Made by a program: the position numbers and the translations under genes. A DNA stretch of 63,701 nucleotides, counting the filler, from Candidatus Rokuibacteriota bacterium (GTDB lineage Bacteria; JAUVQV01; DATDCY01), in NCBI GenBank assembly GCA_031406795.1. It is 6 parts of 6 records of this genome, joined end to end, with 100 filler letters (N's around TTAATTAATTAA, not from the genome) between each part and the next. Parts side by side here need not be neighbours in the genome. Positions count along the whole stretch, not along the records: positions 1 to 12,968 come from JANOHV010000163.1; positions 13,069 to 24,778 come from JANOHV010000221.1; 4 more parts are not named here. One strand, written 5' to 3'. The notes below the pieces were generated by a model that worked only from the letters and a program-made list of their open reading frames with translations, searched no databases and was not told where the DNA came from. Shown in pieces: positions 11,793 to 20,255 of the stretch; the stretch's first letter is position 1, and every line of letters begins with the position of its first letter.

Positions 11793-12662
11793 CTAGACCT
11801 CCTCGCCGGCCGTCACGACGCCGGCGTCCACGGTTTCATCGCCAAAAGCCGCCGCGAGCGGCTCTTCAACGGCCTTTTTCGCCGCGCGGCGGGCCTTCGG
11901 CTTGCCCTCCTCGCCGGCCTGCTCGGCAGCCTCCTCCGCGTCCTCCTGCGCCTTCTGCGTGGCCGCGGACTGCTTCTCCTGCCAGATCGCCCGGCCCTCG
12001 ATCACGGCATCGGCGATCGTTCCGGTGATCAGCTTCACCGAGCGGATGGCGTCGTCGTTGCCCGGAATGACGAAGTCGATGCCGTCGGGGTCGCAGTTGG
12101 TGTCGACCGTCGCGATCACCGGAATGCCGAGGCGGTTGGCTTCGTGCACCGCGAGGCGCTCCTTCTTGGTGTCGATGATGAAGACCGCCCCGGGCAGCTT
12201 GTCCATGTCGCGGATGCCGCTCATGTTCTTCTGCAGTCTGCCGAGTTCGTTCTCGATGACCGCCACTTCGCGCTTGTTGAGCCCGACATAGCCCGCGGCC
12301 TTCTGCTCCTCGAACTTGCGCATGCGCTCGATGCCCTTGTGGACGGTCATGAAGTTCGTGAGCGTCCCGCCGAGCCAGCGCTGGTTCATGTAATAGCCGC
12401 CGCAGCGCACGGCCTCCTCGGCCACCGTGTCCTGGGCCTGCTTCTTCGTGCCGACGAACATCACCGTCTGCCCCTCGGCCGCGATCTTGCGCGTGAAATC
12501 CGCGGCGTCCTTGAAGAGCTTGATCGTCTTCTGCAGATCGATGATGTAGATGCCGTTGCGCGCGTCGAAGATGTACTTCTTCATCTTCGGGTTCCAGCGC
12601 TTGGTCTGGTGGCCGAAGTGGACTCCGGCCTCGAGCAGTTGCTTCATGGTGACTACCGACAT
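11793..12662 (-). CDS. rpsB: 30S ribosomal protein S2
   Basis: [34 protein letters not shown]. Confidence 0.99.
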   Translation of the reverse strand: MSVVTMKQLLEAGVHFGHQTKRWNPKMKKYIFDARNGIYIIDLQKTIKLFKDAADFTRKIAAEGQTVMFVGTKKQAQDTVAEEAVRCGGYYMNQRWLGGTLTNFMTVHKGIERMRKFEEQKAAGYVGLNKREVAVIENELGRLQKNMSGIRDMDKLPGAVFIIDTKKERLAVHEANRLGIPVIATVDTNCDPDGIDFVIPGNDDAIRSVKLITGTIADAVIEGRAIWQEKQSAATQKAQEDAEEAAEQAGEEGKPKARRAAKKAVEEPLAAAFGDETVDAGVVTAGEEV

Positions 12663-12681
12663 GCTGACGTACCTCCTGCGA

Positions 12682-12770
12682 GCGTTGGGTTTGCCGCCTC
12701 CGCGCCGTCCGTACGCGCCGGGGACCTCCCCTCAGGGGAACCCTGTCCGCCGGCAGACGCCGCGTGTGAA
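12682..12770 (-). ncRNA. rpsB 5' leader (t44/S2 autoregulatory leader-like)
   Basis: Minus strand CACAC...GGG...GGAGGC..AAACCC pattern typical of S2 leaders, lying between the promoter and the rpsB SD. Confidence 0.7.
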
Positions 12771-12784
12771 TTTAAAATCGTCGC

Positions 12785-12813
12785 AGTATACGTCGGATGC
12801 CGCGTCGGTGCAA
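12785..12813 (-). promoter_or_regulatory. sigma70 promoter of the rpsB operon
   Basis: TTGCAC-N17-TATACT. Confidence 0.75.
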
Positions 12814-12968
12814 GCGGCATTCCACCTCCCAAATCCGCGCGTAACGCGCGGATCAGGAGAGTCAGGCTTGTCACCTGGTCCGGTTTATCCCGGTCGTTGC
12901 CCATATCTGATCGCAATGCATGCTTCAAGCGAAACTTGACCTCTGCCACCCCATGCTTCCTGCAAGAA

Positions 12969-13068
12969 NNNNNNNNNNNNNNNNNNNNNNNNNNNNNNNN
13001 NNNNNNNNNNNNTTAATTAATTAANNNNNNNNNNNNNNNNNNNNNNNNNNNNNNNNNNNNNNNNNNNN
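12969..13068. other. Artificial contig linker (N runs + TTAATTAATTAA)
   Basis: 100-nt spacer with stops in all frames. Confidence 0.99.
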
Positions 13069-15147
13069 AACGCCTATGTCACCGGATGGACCGGCAGTAC
13101 CTGGGGCGCCCCGATCCGTCCGTGGTCGGGAAATCACGACGCCTTCGCGGCAAAGCTCGACGGCAACGGGGTGTTGATCTGGAACACCTTTCTTGGCGGG
13201 GGAGGCAACGATTATGGCACCGGGATCGCAGTCGATGCGAGTGGACAGGTCTCCATCACCGGAAGGAGCAACGCGACCTGGGGCGCCCCGATCCGGGCGT
13301 TCACGGAAGGGGTGAGCAGCTTGGGCCAAGCCACCGATGATGTGTTGGTGGCCAAGCTCGACGCCAGCGGCGCTCTGCTCTGGAACACCTTCCTCGGAGA
13401 GGGAGCGACTGACGATCGCGGCTCCGGCATCGCGACCGATGCGAGCGCGAACGTCTATGTCACGGGTGACGCCTTCGCGGCCAAATTCGACCCCAACGGC
13501 GTCTTGGTGTGGGATACCTTGCTCTGGGTTGGGGCCAACATTGGTAGTTGCGAGAGCATCGCAGTCGACGCGAGCGGTAACGTCGTTGTCACTGGCCTGA
13601 GCATCGTCACGTGGGGCGCTCCGGTCCGGGGATTTTCGGAGAGCAGTGGTATCTTCAAGAGAACAGATGCCTTCGTTGCCAGGCTCGATGGCAACGGCAT
13701 CTTGCTTTGGAATACCTTCCTCGGCGGGGGGGCTGGGGACGATTCTGGTTTCGACATCGCGACCGATGCGAGCGGTAATGTCTATGTCACCGGAGAGAGC
13801 CGCAGCACGTGGGGCGCCCCGATCCTCCTGTCGTCGGCTGCGAATCCCGCCGACACGACCTTTGTGGTGAGGCTCGACAGCAACGGCGCCCTGCTGTGGA
13901 ACTCTTTTCTCGGGGGGACGAGAAATAATCTGGGCGTCGGCGGCATCGCCGTCGATGCGAACGGTACCGTCTATCTCACCGGGAATACTCGCGGCAGCGC
14001 GTGGGGCAACCCGATCCGGGCGTTTTCGGGAGGGCTCGACGCCTTTGTGGCCAAGCTCATCAATACCGCACCGGTTGCTGCCGATCGGATGGTGAGCACG
14101 CCGATCGACACCGCAAAGTCGATCACTCTGTCGGCGAAGGACGCCGACGGTGACCCGATGATCTTCGCGGTCGCCACCTTCCCGGCGCATGGGGTGCTCA
14201 GCGGCACGGCTCCCAACCTGACCTATCTTCCGGCGTTGGGTTTCCGCGGCACCGACAGCTTCACCTTCACGGCGAGCGATGGGTTTGGCCATACAGTCGC
14301 GGTAACGATGACGATCGCCGTGCACAACGTGACGGTGACGAACGACTTCGATGGCGATCGCCGCTCGGACATCGGCGCCTACTTTCCGCCGGGAGGCAAC
14401 TGGTACGGGTTCAACAGCGGGAATGGCTTCTGGCAGACGCAGTTCGGCTACGCCGGGACGATCCCGGTCACCGGGGATTTCGACGGCGATGGCAAGAGCG
14501 ACTTCGGCGTCTACTTCCCCGACACCGGCAGCTGGAACATCTTCAGGAGCACCGAAGGTTCCTGGCAGACGCAATTCGGCTACGCCGGCACGATTCCGGT
14601 CGTCGGGGATTTCGACAGCGACGGCCGCGACGACATCGGCTGTTACTATCCGCCGGGCGGCAACTGGTACGTTTTCAGGAGCACGGAAGGGTTCTGGCAG
14701 ACGAACTTCGGGTACGCCGGGACGATCCCGTTCGTCGGGGATTTCGACTGCGACGGCCGGGACGACATCGCCTGCTACTTCCCGCCGGGCGGCAACTGGT
14801 ACGTCTTCAGGAGTTCGGATGGCTTCTGGCAGTCGCAGTTCGGCTACGCAGGGACGATCCCGGTGGTCGGGGACTTTGACGGCGACGGCCTGAGCGACAT
14901 CGGGGTGTACGATCCGCCGGCCGGTGCCTGGTATCTTTTCAAGAGCACGGAGGGGTTCCTGCAGACCAGCTTCGGCTACGCCGGCACCGAGCCGGTGGTC
15001 GGCGATTTCGACGGCGACGGCAGGAGCGATCTTGGCGCCTACTACCCGCCGGGGGGCAACTGGTACGTCTTCAGGAGTACGGAAGGCTTCTGGCAGACGC
15101 AGTTCGGCTATGAGGGGACAATCCCGTTGGGAGGCACGCTGCGCTGA
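13069..15147 (+). CDS. Exported-type repeat protein: SBBP-like beta-propeller repeats + Ig-like domain + six 44-aa FG-GAP/VCBS-like repeats; 5' truncated
   Basis: IAVDASGNVYVTG/DAFVAKLD repeats; NTAPVA...DADGD...GTAPNLTY...DSFTFTASDG; DFDGDGxSD repeats. Confidence 0.85.
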   Translation, partial: NAYVTGWTGSTWGAPIRPWSGNHDAFAAKLDGNGVLIWNTFLGGGGNDYGTGIAVDASGQVSITGRSNATWGAPIRAFTEGVSSLGQATDDVLVAKLDASGALLWNTFLGEGATDDRGSGIATDASANVYVTGDAFAAKFDPNGVLVWDTLLWVGANIGSCESIAVDASGNVVVTGLSIVTWGAPVRGFSESSGIFKRTDAFVARLDGNGILLWNTFLGGGAGDDSGFDIATDASGNVYVTGESRSTWGAPILLSSAANPADTTFVVRLDSNGALLWNSFLGGTRNNLGVGGIAVDANGTVYLTGNTRGSAWGNPIRAFSGGLDAFVAKLINTAPVAADRMVSTPIDTAKSITLSAKDADGDPMIFAVATFPAHGVLSGTAPNLTYLPALGFRGTDSFTFTASDGFGHTVAVTMTIAVHNVTVTNDFDGDRRSDIGAYFPPGGNWYGFNSGNGFWQTQFGYAGTIPVTGDFDGDGKSDFGVYFPDTGSWNIFRSTEGSWQTQFGYAGTIPVVGDFDSDGRDDIGCYYPPGGNWYVFRSTEGFWQTNFGYAGTIPFVGDFDCDGRDDIACYFPPGGNWYVFRSSDGFWQSQFGYAGTIPVVGDFDGDGLSDIGVYDPPAGAWYLFKSTEGFLQTSFGYAGTEPVVGDFDGDGRSDLGAYYPPGGNWYVFRSTEGFWQTQFGYEGTIPLGGTLR

Positions 15148-15270
15148 CGCAAGGCGGGGGGGGCTGTCTTGCCGAGTTCAGGCTGGCGGCGGCTGGGGTT
15201 CGGACCTTTTCCGGCTGCTACGTTCTCAGTGGCCTGGAATAGCACGGTTCCGGTTTCCCACAGCCATCAT

Positions 15271-15300
15271 TTGACACCGGCTGTTCCGCCGGTGTAGGTT
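15271..15300 (+). promoter_or_regulatory. Putative promoter with a dyad operator in the spacer
   Basis: TTGACA-N18-TAGGTT with perfect inverted repeat ACACCGGC-N6-GCCGGTGT (15274-15295). Confidence 0.45.
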
Positions 15301-15384
15301 CGAACGTATCCGAGACCGTGGGTGATTGTGCTCATCCACGGCGGCCGGGCGGCGGACAGGATGATCGGTGCGAGGTTCCGGGAC

Positions 15385-17387
15385 ATGAAGCTTGATCTGG
15401 TCGTGACCGGAACATTCATCAGACGGGTTCTGCTGTTCGTGATCCTCGGCTGTTGGTGCCTGCCCGGAACCGCCCAGGCGCAGACTTGGCCGGGAATCAG
15501 TCTCGCGCCGCGTCTCGCCTCCCTGCAAGCCCCGGTGGTCGTCACGCACGCCGGGGATGGCAGCGGGCGCCTGTTCGTCGTTGAACAGGCCGGAGTCATC
15601 AAGATCGCTCAGCAGGGCGCGATCCTCCCCGCGCCGTTTCTGAACATCTCCCCGAAGGTGCTCTTCGGCGGCGAGCAGGGCCTGCTCGGGCTGGCCTTCC
15701 CGCCGGATTTCGCCGTCAGGAGGCACTTCTACGTCTACTACACCGCGCCGAGCGGCGACAATGTGCTGGCGCGCTATGCCCTGTCCGCGGATCCGAATGT
15801 CGCGGATCCCAACAGCGAGCAGATTCTGCTGACGCTGGCCCATCCCACGTTCGGCAACCACAACGGCGGGCAGCTGGCCTTCAGTCCCCGGGACGGCTAT
15901 CTCTATCTCGGCACGGGTGACGGTGGCGGAGGCGGCGATCCGTTCAACAACGCGCAGAACCCTCAATCCCTGCTGGGCAAGCTCTTGCGCATCGACGTGG
16001 AATCTCCGCCGGCGCCGGGCATTGCGTACGCGATTCCCCCCACGAACCCCTTTGTCGGGCGCGCGGAGTTCCGCCCGGAAATCTGGGCTCTCGGCCTGCG
16101 TAACCCCTTTCGCTTCTCATTCGACCGGCTCACCAGCGATCTCTTTGTCGGCGACGTCGGCCAGAACGTCTTCGAGGAGGTTGATTTTCAGCCGGCCAAC
16201 AGCGCGGGCGGGGAGAACTACGGTTGGGATGTTTTCGAGGGCCCGGCCTGCTTCAACCCCCCGAATTGCGCGCCGCCGGCCGGCTCTGTGCCGCCGGTGA
16301 CGTTTTACGACCACAGCGAGGGAGTCGCCATTATCGGGGGATTTGTCTACCGGGGGACCAAGTCCCCGCCGCTGGCGGGCATCTATTTCTTCGGCGATCT
16401 CACGGGAAAAATCTGGGGCCTGCAGCGGGTGGGGGTGGATTGGCAACGGCAGATCCTGCTGGCACCCGCTTTTTCCATCAGCACCTTCGGCGAAGATGAG
16501 GCGGGGAACCTGTACGTCGCCGACTATTCGTCGGGGGCGATCTACGAGGTTCTGCCCTGGACGAGCGTGGCCGGCGTGGCCAACGATTTCGACGGCGACG
16601 GCCGCTCGGACATCGGCTGCTACTTTCCGCCCGGCGGCGCCTGGAACGGCTTCAACAGCGCGGCCGGGTTCTGGCAGGCGCAGTTCGGGTATGCCGGGAC
16701 GCTGCCGTTCACCGGCGATTTCGACGGTGACGGCAGGGGCGACATCGGCGTCTACGATCCGGAGATCGGCAACTGGTACCGGTTCAACAGTGGGAATGGG
16801 TTCTGGCTGACGCAGTTCGGGCAGGCCGGGACGCTGCCGGTCGTCGGGGATTTCGACGGTGACGGCCGGGATGACTTCGGCTATTACCAGCCGGACGGGG
16901 GGATCTGGAACATCCTGACGAGCCGGGAGGGTTTCCGGCGGGCGCAATTCGGGTTTGCCGGGACGCTTCCGGTCGTCGGGGATTTCGACGGCGACGGCAC
17001 CAGCGACTTGGGCGTCTACTATGCACCGGCAGGCAGCTGGTTCATCTTCAAGAGCACGGAAGGTTTCCTGCAGACCCAATTCGGCTTCGCGGGGACGATC
17101 CCGGTGGTCGGGGACTTCGACGGGGACGGCAGGAGCGACATCGGGGTGTACGATCCGCCGGCCGGCGCCTGGTATCTCTTCAAGAGCACGGAGGGGTTCC
17201 AGCAGACCAGATCGGCTACGCCGGCACCGAGCCTGTGGTGGGCGATTACGACGGGGACGGCAGGAGCGACATCGGCGTCTACTTCGCTCCGGGTGGCAAC
17301 TGGTACGTCTTCAAGAGCACGGAAGGTTTCCGTCAGACGGAATTCGGGTTCGCGGGGACGATCCCCTTCGGAGGCGGCGCGCGCTAG
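15385..17387 (+). CDS. PQQ-dependent glucose/sorbosone dehydrogenase (GSDH) family protein with C-terminal FG-GAP-like module; 1-nt deletion frameshift near 17211
   Basis: Signal peptide ending AQA; GEQGLLGLAF, NHNGGQLAF, GLRNPFRFSFD, STFGEDEAG; the sixth repeat continues in another frame to TAG 17387. Confidence 0.85.
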
Positions 17388-17406
17388 CCGGAATATCGGA
17401 TGTCTC

Positions 17407-17434
17407 TTGACAAAAACTTGCGAATTCATATACT
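17407..17434 (+). promoter_or_regulatory. sigma70 promoter of tRNA-Glu
   Basis: TTGACA-N16-TATACT. Confidence 0.75.
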
Positions 17435-17445
17435 TGCTCTGAAGT

Positions 17446-17520
17446 GGCGCTATCGTCTAGGGGTTAGGACGGATGGTTCTCAGCCATCAAGCCGGGGTTC
17501 GAATCCCCGTAGCGCTACCA
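17446..17520 (+). tRNA. tRNA-Glu (anticodon CTC)
   Basis: Acceptor stem GGCGCTA/TAGCGCT, anticodon arm GATGG-TTCTCAG-CCATC, T loop GGTTCGAATCC, encoded CCA. Confidence 0.97.
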
Positions 17521-17530
17521 AATTAAACCT

Positions 17531-18799
17531 ATGAAGAAGATCTACGTCATCGACACCAATGTCCTGGTTCACGATCCCGAAGCGCTGCTGCATTTCGAGG
17601 ATAACGAGGTCGTATTGCCGATCGCGGTGATCGAGGAGCTCGATGGCCTCAAGCGCGGCACCGGCGAAATCCCCGCCTCCGTGCGGCAGGCGCTGCGGCT
17701 GATCGACTCGTTCCGCGAGCAAGGCAATTTGTCGCGCGGCGTTCCGCTGCCGCAGGGGGGCAGCCTGCGGGTCGAGACCACCGGCGATCCCCCCACCCGG
17801 GAGCGTCTTTCGGCCGACAACAGCATCATCAACACGGCGGTCACGCTCGGCGCTCACAGCCGCCAGCCGGTCGTCCTCGTCTCCAAGGACCTGGCGGTCC
17901 GGATCAAGGCCGAGGCGCTCGGGGTCGCAGCCCAGGACTACCGCAACGACAAGAGCACGATCTTTCAGCGGTGCGGGCGCCTGCTTGACACGGGAGTGGC
18001 GTGCGACGTGCGCTCGGTCCTCTACCGGCGCGAGGGCGAACAACTCGTGCGGCTGCGCGGCGGGCGCGGACCCGAGCCGGTGCGCCGCCGCCGCTCGCTG
18101 CTCGGGATCAGCGCGATGAACGTCGAACAGGAATGCGCCATCGACGCCCTCGTGACCACCGACATCGACGTCGTTGCGCTGACGGGGAAGGCCGGCACCG
18201 GCAAGACGCTGCTGGCGCTCGCTGCCGGGATCGACCAGACGCCGGAATTTCGCGGCCCGCGGGCACCCACCGACAAGTCGGGCTACGAACAGGTGATGGT
18301 CGCGCGCCCGATCGTCCCGCTCGGGCAGGATCTGGGCTTTCTGCCCGGCCAGGTCGAGGAGAAGCTCGGCCCCTGGATGCAGCCGATACACGACAACCTC
18401 GACGTGATCGTCTCCACGCCGCGCGACCAGCGCAAGGACGGACGCGGCCCCGCGGCGCGGTACAAGAGTTCGGACTACCTCATCCAGTCGGGGGTCGTGA
18501 AGATCGAGCCGCTGACCTACATCCGCGGCCGCAGCCTGCCGCGGCGCTTCATGATCATCGACGAGGCCCAGAACCTGCGCCCCCTCGACGTCAAGACGAT
18601 CATCACCCGCTGCGGCGAGGGGACGAAGATCGTGTTCACCGGGGACCTCGAGCAGATCGACCAGCCCTACCTCGACGCGACCTCGAACGGGCTCTCCTAC
18701 CTGATCAGCCGGTTCATCGACCAGGAGAACTTCTGCTACGTGCAGCTGGTCGGCAGCGCCCGCTCCGCCCTCGCCGAACAGGCCGCGATCCTGTTGTAG
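17531..18799 (+). CDS. PIN-PhoH fusion protein (PhoH2/YlaK-type RNase-ATPase)
   Basis: PIN motif VIDTNVLVHDP; Walker A GKAGTGKT; RGRS, DEAQN, TGDLEQID. Confidence 0.92.
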   Translation: MKKIYVIDTNVLVHDPEALLHFEDNEVVLPIAVIEELDGLKRGTGEIPASVRQALRLIDSFREQGNLSRGVPLPQGGSLRVETTGDPPTRERLSADNSIINTAVTLGAHSRQPVVLVSKDLAVRIKAEALGVAAQDYRNDKSTIFQRCGRLLDTGVACDVRSVLYRREGEQLVRLRGGRGPEPVRRRRSLLGISAMNVEQECAIDALVTTDIDVVALTGKAGTGKTLLALAAGIDQTPEFRGPRAPTDKSGYEQVMVARPIVPLGQDLGFLPGQVEEKLGPWMQPIHDNLDVIVSTPRDQRKDGRGPAARYKSSDYLIQSGVVKIEPLTYIRGRSLPRRFMIIDEAQNLRPLDVKTIITRCGEGTKIVFTGDLEQIDQPYLDATSNGLSYLISRFIDQENFCYVQLVGSARSALAEQAAILL

Positions 18800-18923
18800 C
18801 AGGCCGCCGATAAGGGCCCATCTGCGGCGTTGCACTCCTCGCGGCTGCCTGCGGCGGGCACGAGCCCGCCTCAGCATCCACTTCGTCGCGCGCCTTGCAC
18901 CTGGGCCTTTTTGAGCGGTCGGC
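18799..18923. mobile_element. 125-bp MITE-like structured element
   Basis: Ends GCAGGCCGCCGATAAGGGCCCA / TGGGCCTTTTTGAGCGGTCGGC form imperfect inverted repeats; core shared with the 2441 element, ends shared with the 45763 element. Confidence 0.65.
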
Positions 18924-19102
18924 TTGTCTCATTACAGTTACTGGAGAACCTTCCGAATCATCGAGGGCATCACCGTGAAACAGGCTTTCCTTCTTTCTCG
19001 CGATTCCGACTATGTTTGCGGCCACCGGCTATGATCTGATCAAGAATTTGGACGTGCTTTCGGCCTGCTCGGCCTGCTCGCCGCAACGAATCAGGCCTGA
19101 AC

Positions 19103-20131
19103 TCAGAACTCCAGGGCGAGGCGAGCGGTGACGAAAGATTCGTCGTCTCCGTCCCTGTGCGCGGCGCGAAGGTATTCCGCGGAGAGGCTGACCTGCTCCC
19201 GTGGACTCCAGGAGGCCGCAACGCCGTAACGGCGTTCGGCCGCCGCGGAGATGTCGCGGCTTCCTTCGACCCGCGCCGCCAGTTCCACCTTCTCCGTCGG
19301 AGCGAATGCCAGCTCGAGGTTCCAAGCCAGCGGCTTGCCGCCGCCGTCGGCTGCGGCGAAACTTTCGGCGGCACCGAGCACCTCGCCGGAGAGCTCAACC
19401 ATGCCCTGGTTCAAGACTGCGAAGGCGCTCCAGCCGGCCACGCGTTTCTCATAGACGTTGTCGACGTCGGCAAATAGCTCGGCATTGCTGTCGGCGAGAT
19501 CGGACAGATAGCTTGCGCCGATTTCCAGTCCGTGCAGGGGAGCGACGGTTACGCCGGCGCCCCAGTCGCGGATGCGGTCCTTCTCTCCGGCTTGTTTCTC
19601 GTCGCCGTTGAAGACGAAGGCGGAGAGCCCGAATAGGTCGGTCTGGAATCTTCCCAGAACGGCCGTCTTCCGGGTCTCGCCCAGTTCGAGAATCAGCGGG
19701 TCGCTGATGAAATGGGTGTTGAAGTGCCCGAAGGGGAGGTACTGCAGGCCGAGCCGGGCGGACCAGCAGTTTTCCCAAAGATCAATTGTCGCCTCGTCGA
19801 TCGCCGGAACGCCGCCGTCTTCCGAGAGCAGGATCAGATTGCCGCTGTTCCGCCCGCCGGCTGCTATGGCGAGACCCAGCTGGGCCGTGGCAAGCGTGAG
19901 ATCGCTTCCCGGGCCGGAGAATCTTGCCTCCAGTTCGATCAGCCCCGAAATGGTGATTTGTTCCGTGATGTTCCTTCCCAACCCGGCAGTCTTCTTTTCC
20001 GCAGGGGTGTGGTAGATTTCCGCCGTGGAGGCCAGAGCCACCAGGATTTCGTCGCTGCCGTCCGCGGCCAGCGTCGTGCTGGCCGGAGCGAGCAGGCAGC
20101 CGAGGAGCACAGCCGGGGCGCCGAGGCTCAT
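19103..20131 (-). CDS. Outer-membrane porin, LbtU-like (iron-uptake associated)
   Basis: ISGLIELEA, DLTLATAQL, YLPFGHFNTHFISDPLILELGET, C-terminal ...LALEF; signal-peptide-like start at ATG 20131. Confidence 0.75.
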   Translation of the reverse strand: MSLGAPAVLLGCLLAPASTTLAADGSDEILVALASTAEIYHTPAEKKTAGLGRNITEQITISGLIELEARFSGPGSDLTLATAQLGLAIAAGGRNSGNLILLSEDGGVPAIDEATIDLWENCWSARLGLQYLPFGHFNTHFISDPLILELGETRKTAVLGRFQTDLFGLSAFVFNGDEKQAGEKDRIRDWGAGVTVAPLHGLEIGASYLSDLADSNAELFADVDNVYEKRVAGWSAFAVLNQGMVELSGEVLGAAESFAAADGGGKPLAWNLELAFAPTEKVELAARVEGSRDISAAAERRYGVAASWSPREQVSLSAEYLRAAHRDGDDESFVTARLALEF

Positions 20132-20254
20132 CTTGGAGCACCCGGCGTTGTCGCATCCCTGGCAGCACCCTTTTTTCTTCCAGACCGAGCGGTAGAGCAG
20201 ATACCCGGCGCCGCCCAGGATCAGCGCCATCCAGACGACATCCGCGATTCCCAC
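20132..20254 (-). CDS. FeoB-associated Cys-rich small membrane peptide, in frame with the porin (no stop)
   Basis: One TM helix then KKKGCCQGCDNAGC, immediately downstream of feoB. Confidence 0.7.
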
Positions 20255-20255
20255 C

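Noticed and set aside
14341-17387. Near-identical repeats as a possible diversity-generating retroelement TR/VR pair or CRISPR array
   Set aside because: Both copies are in-frame coding repeats, differences are not adenine-specific, and there is no reverse transcriptase, cas gene or unique spacer
17478-17484. TCA in the tRNA anticodon loop suggesting tRNA-Sec or an opal suppressor
   Set aside because: The 7-nt loop TTCTCAG centres on CTC (Glu); the tRNA is 75 nt with no long variable arm
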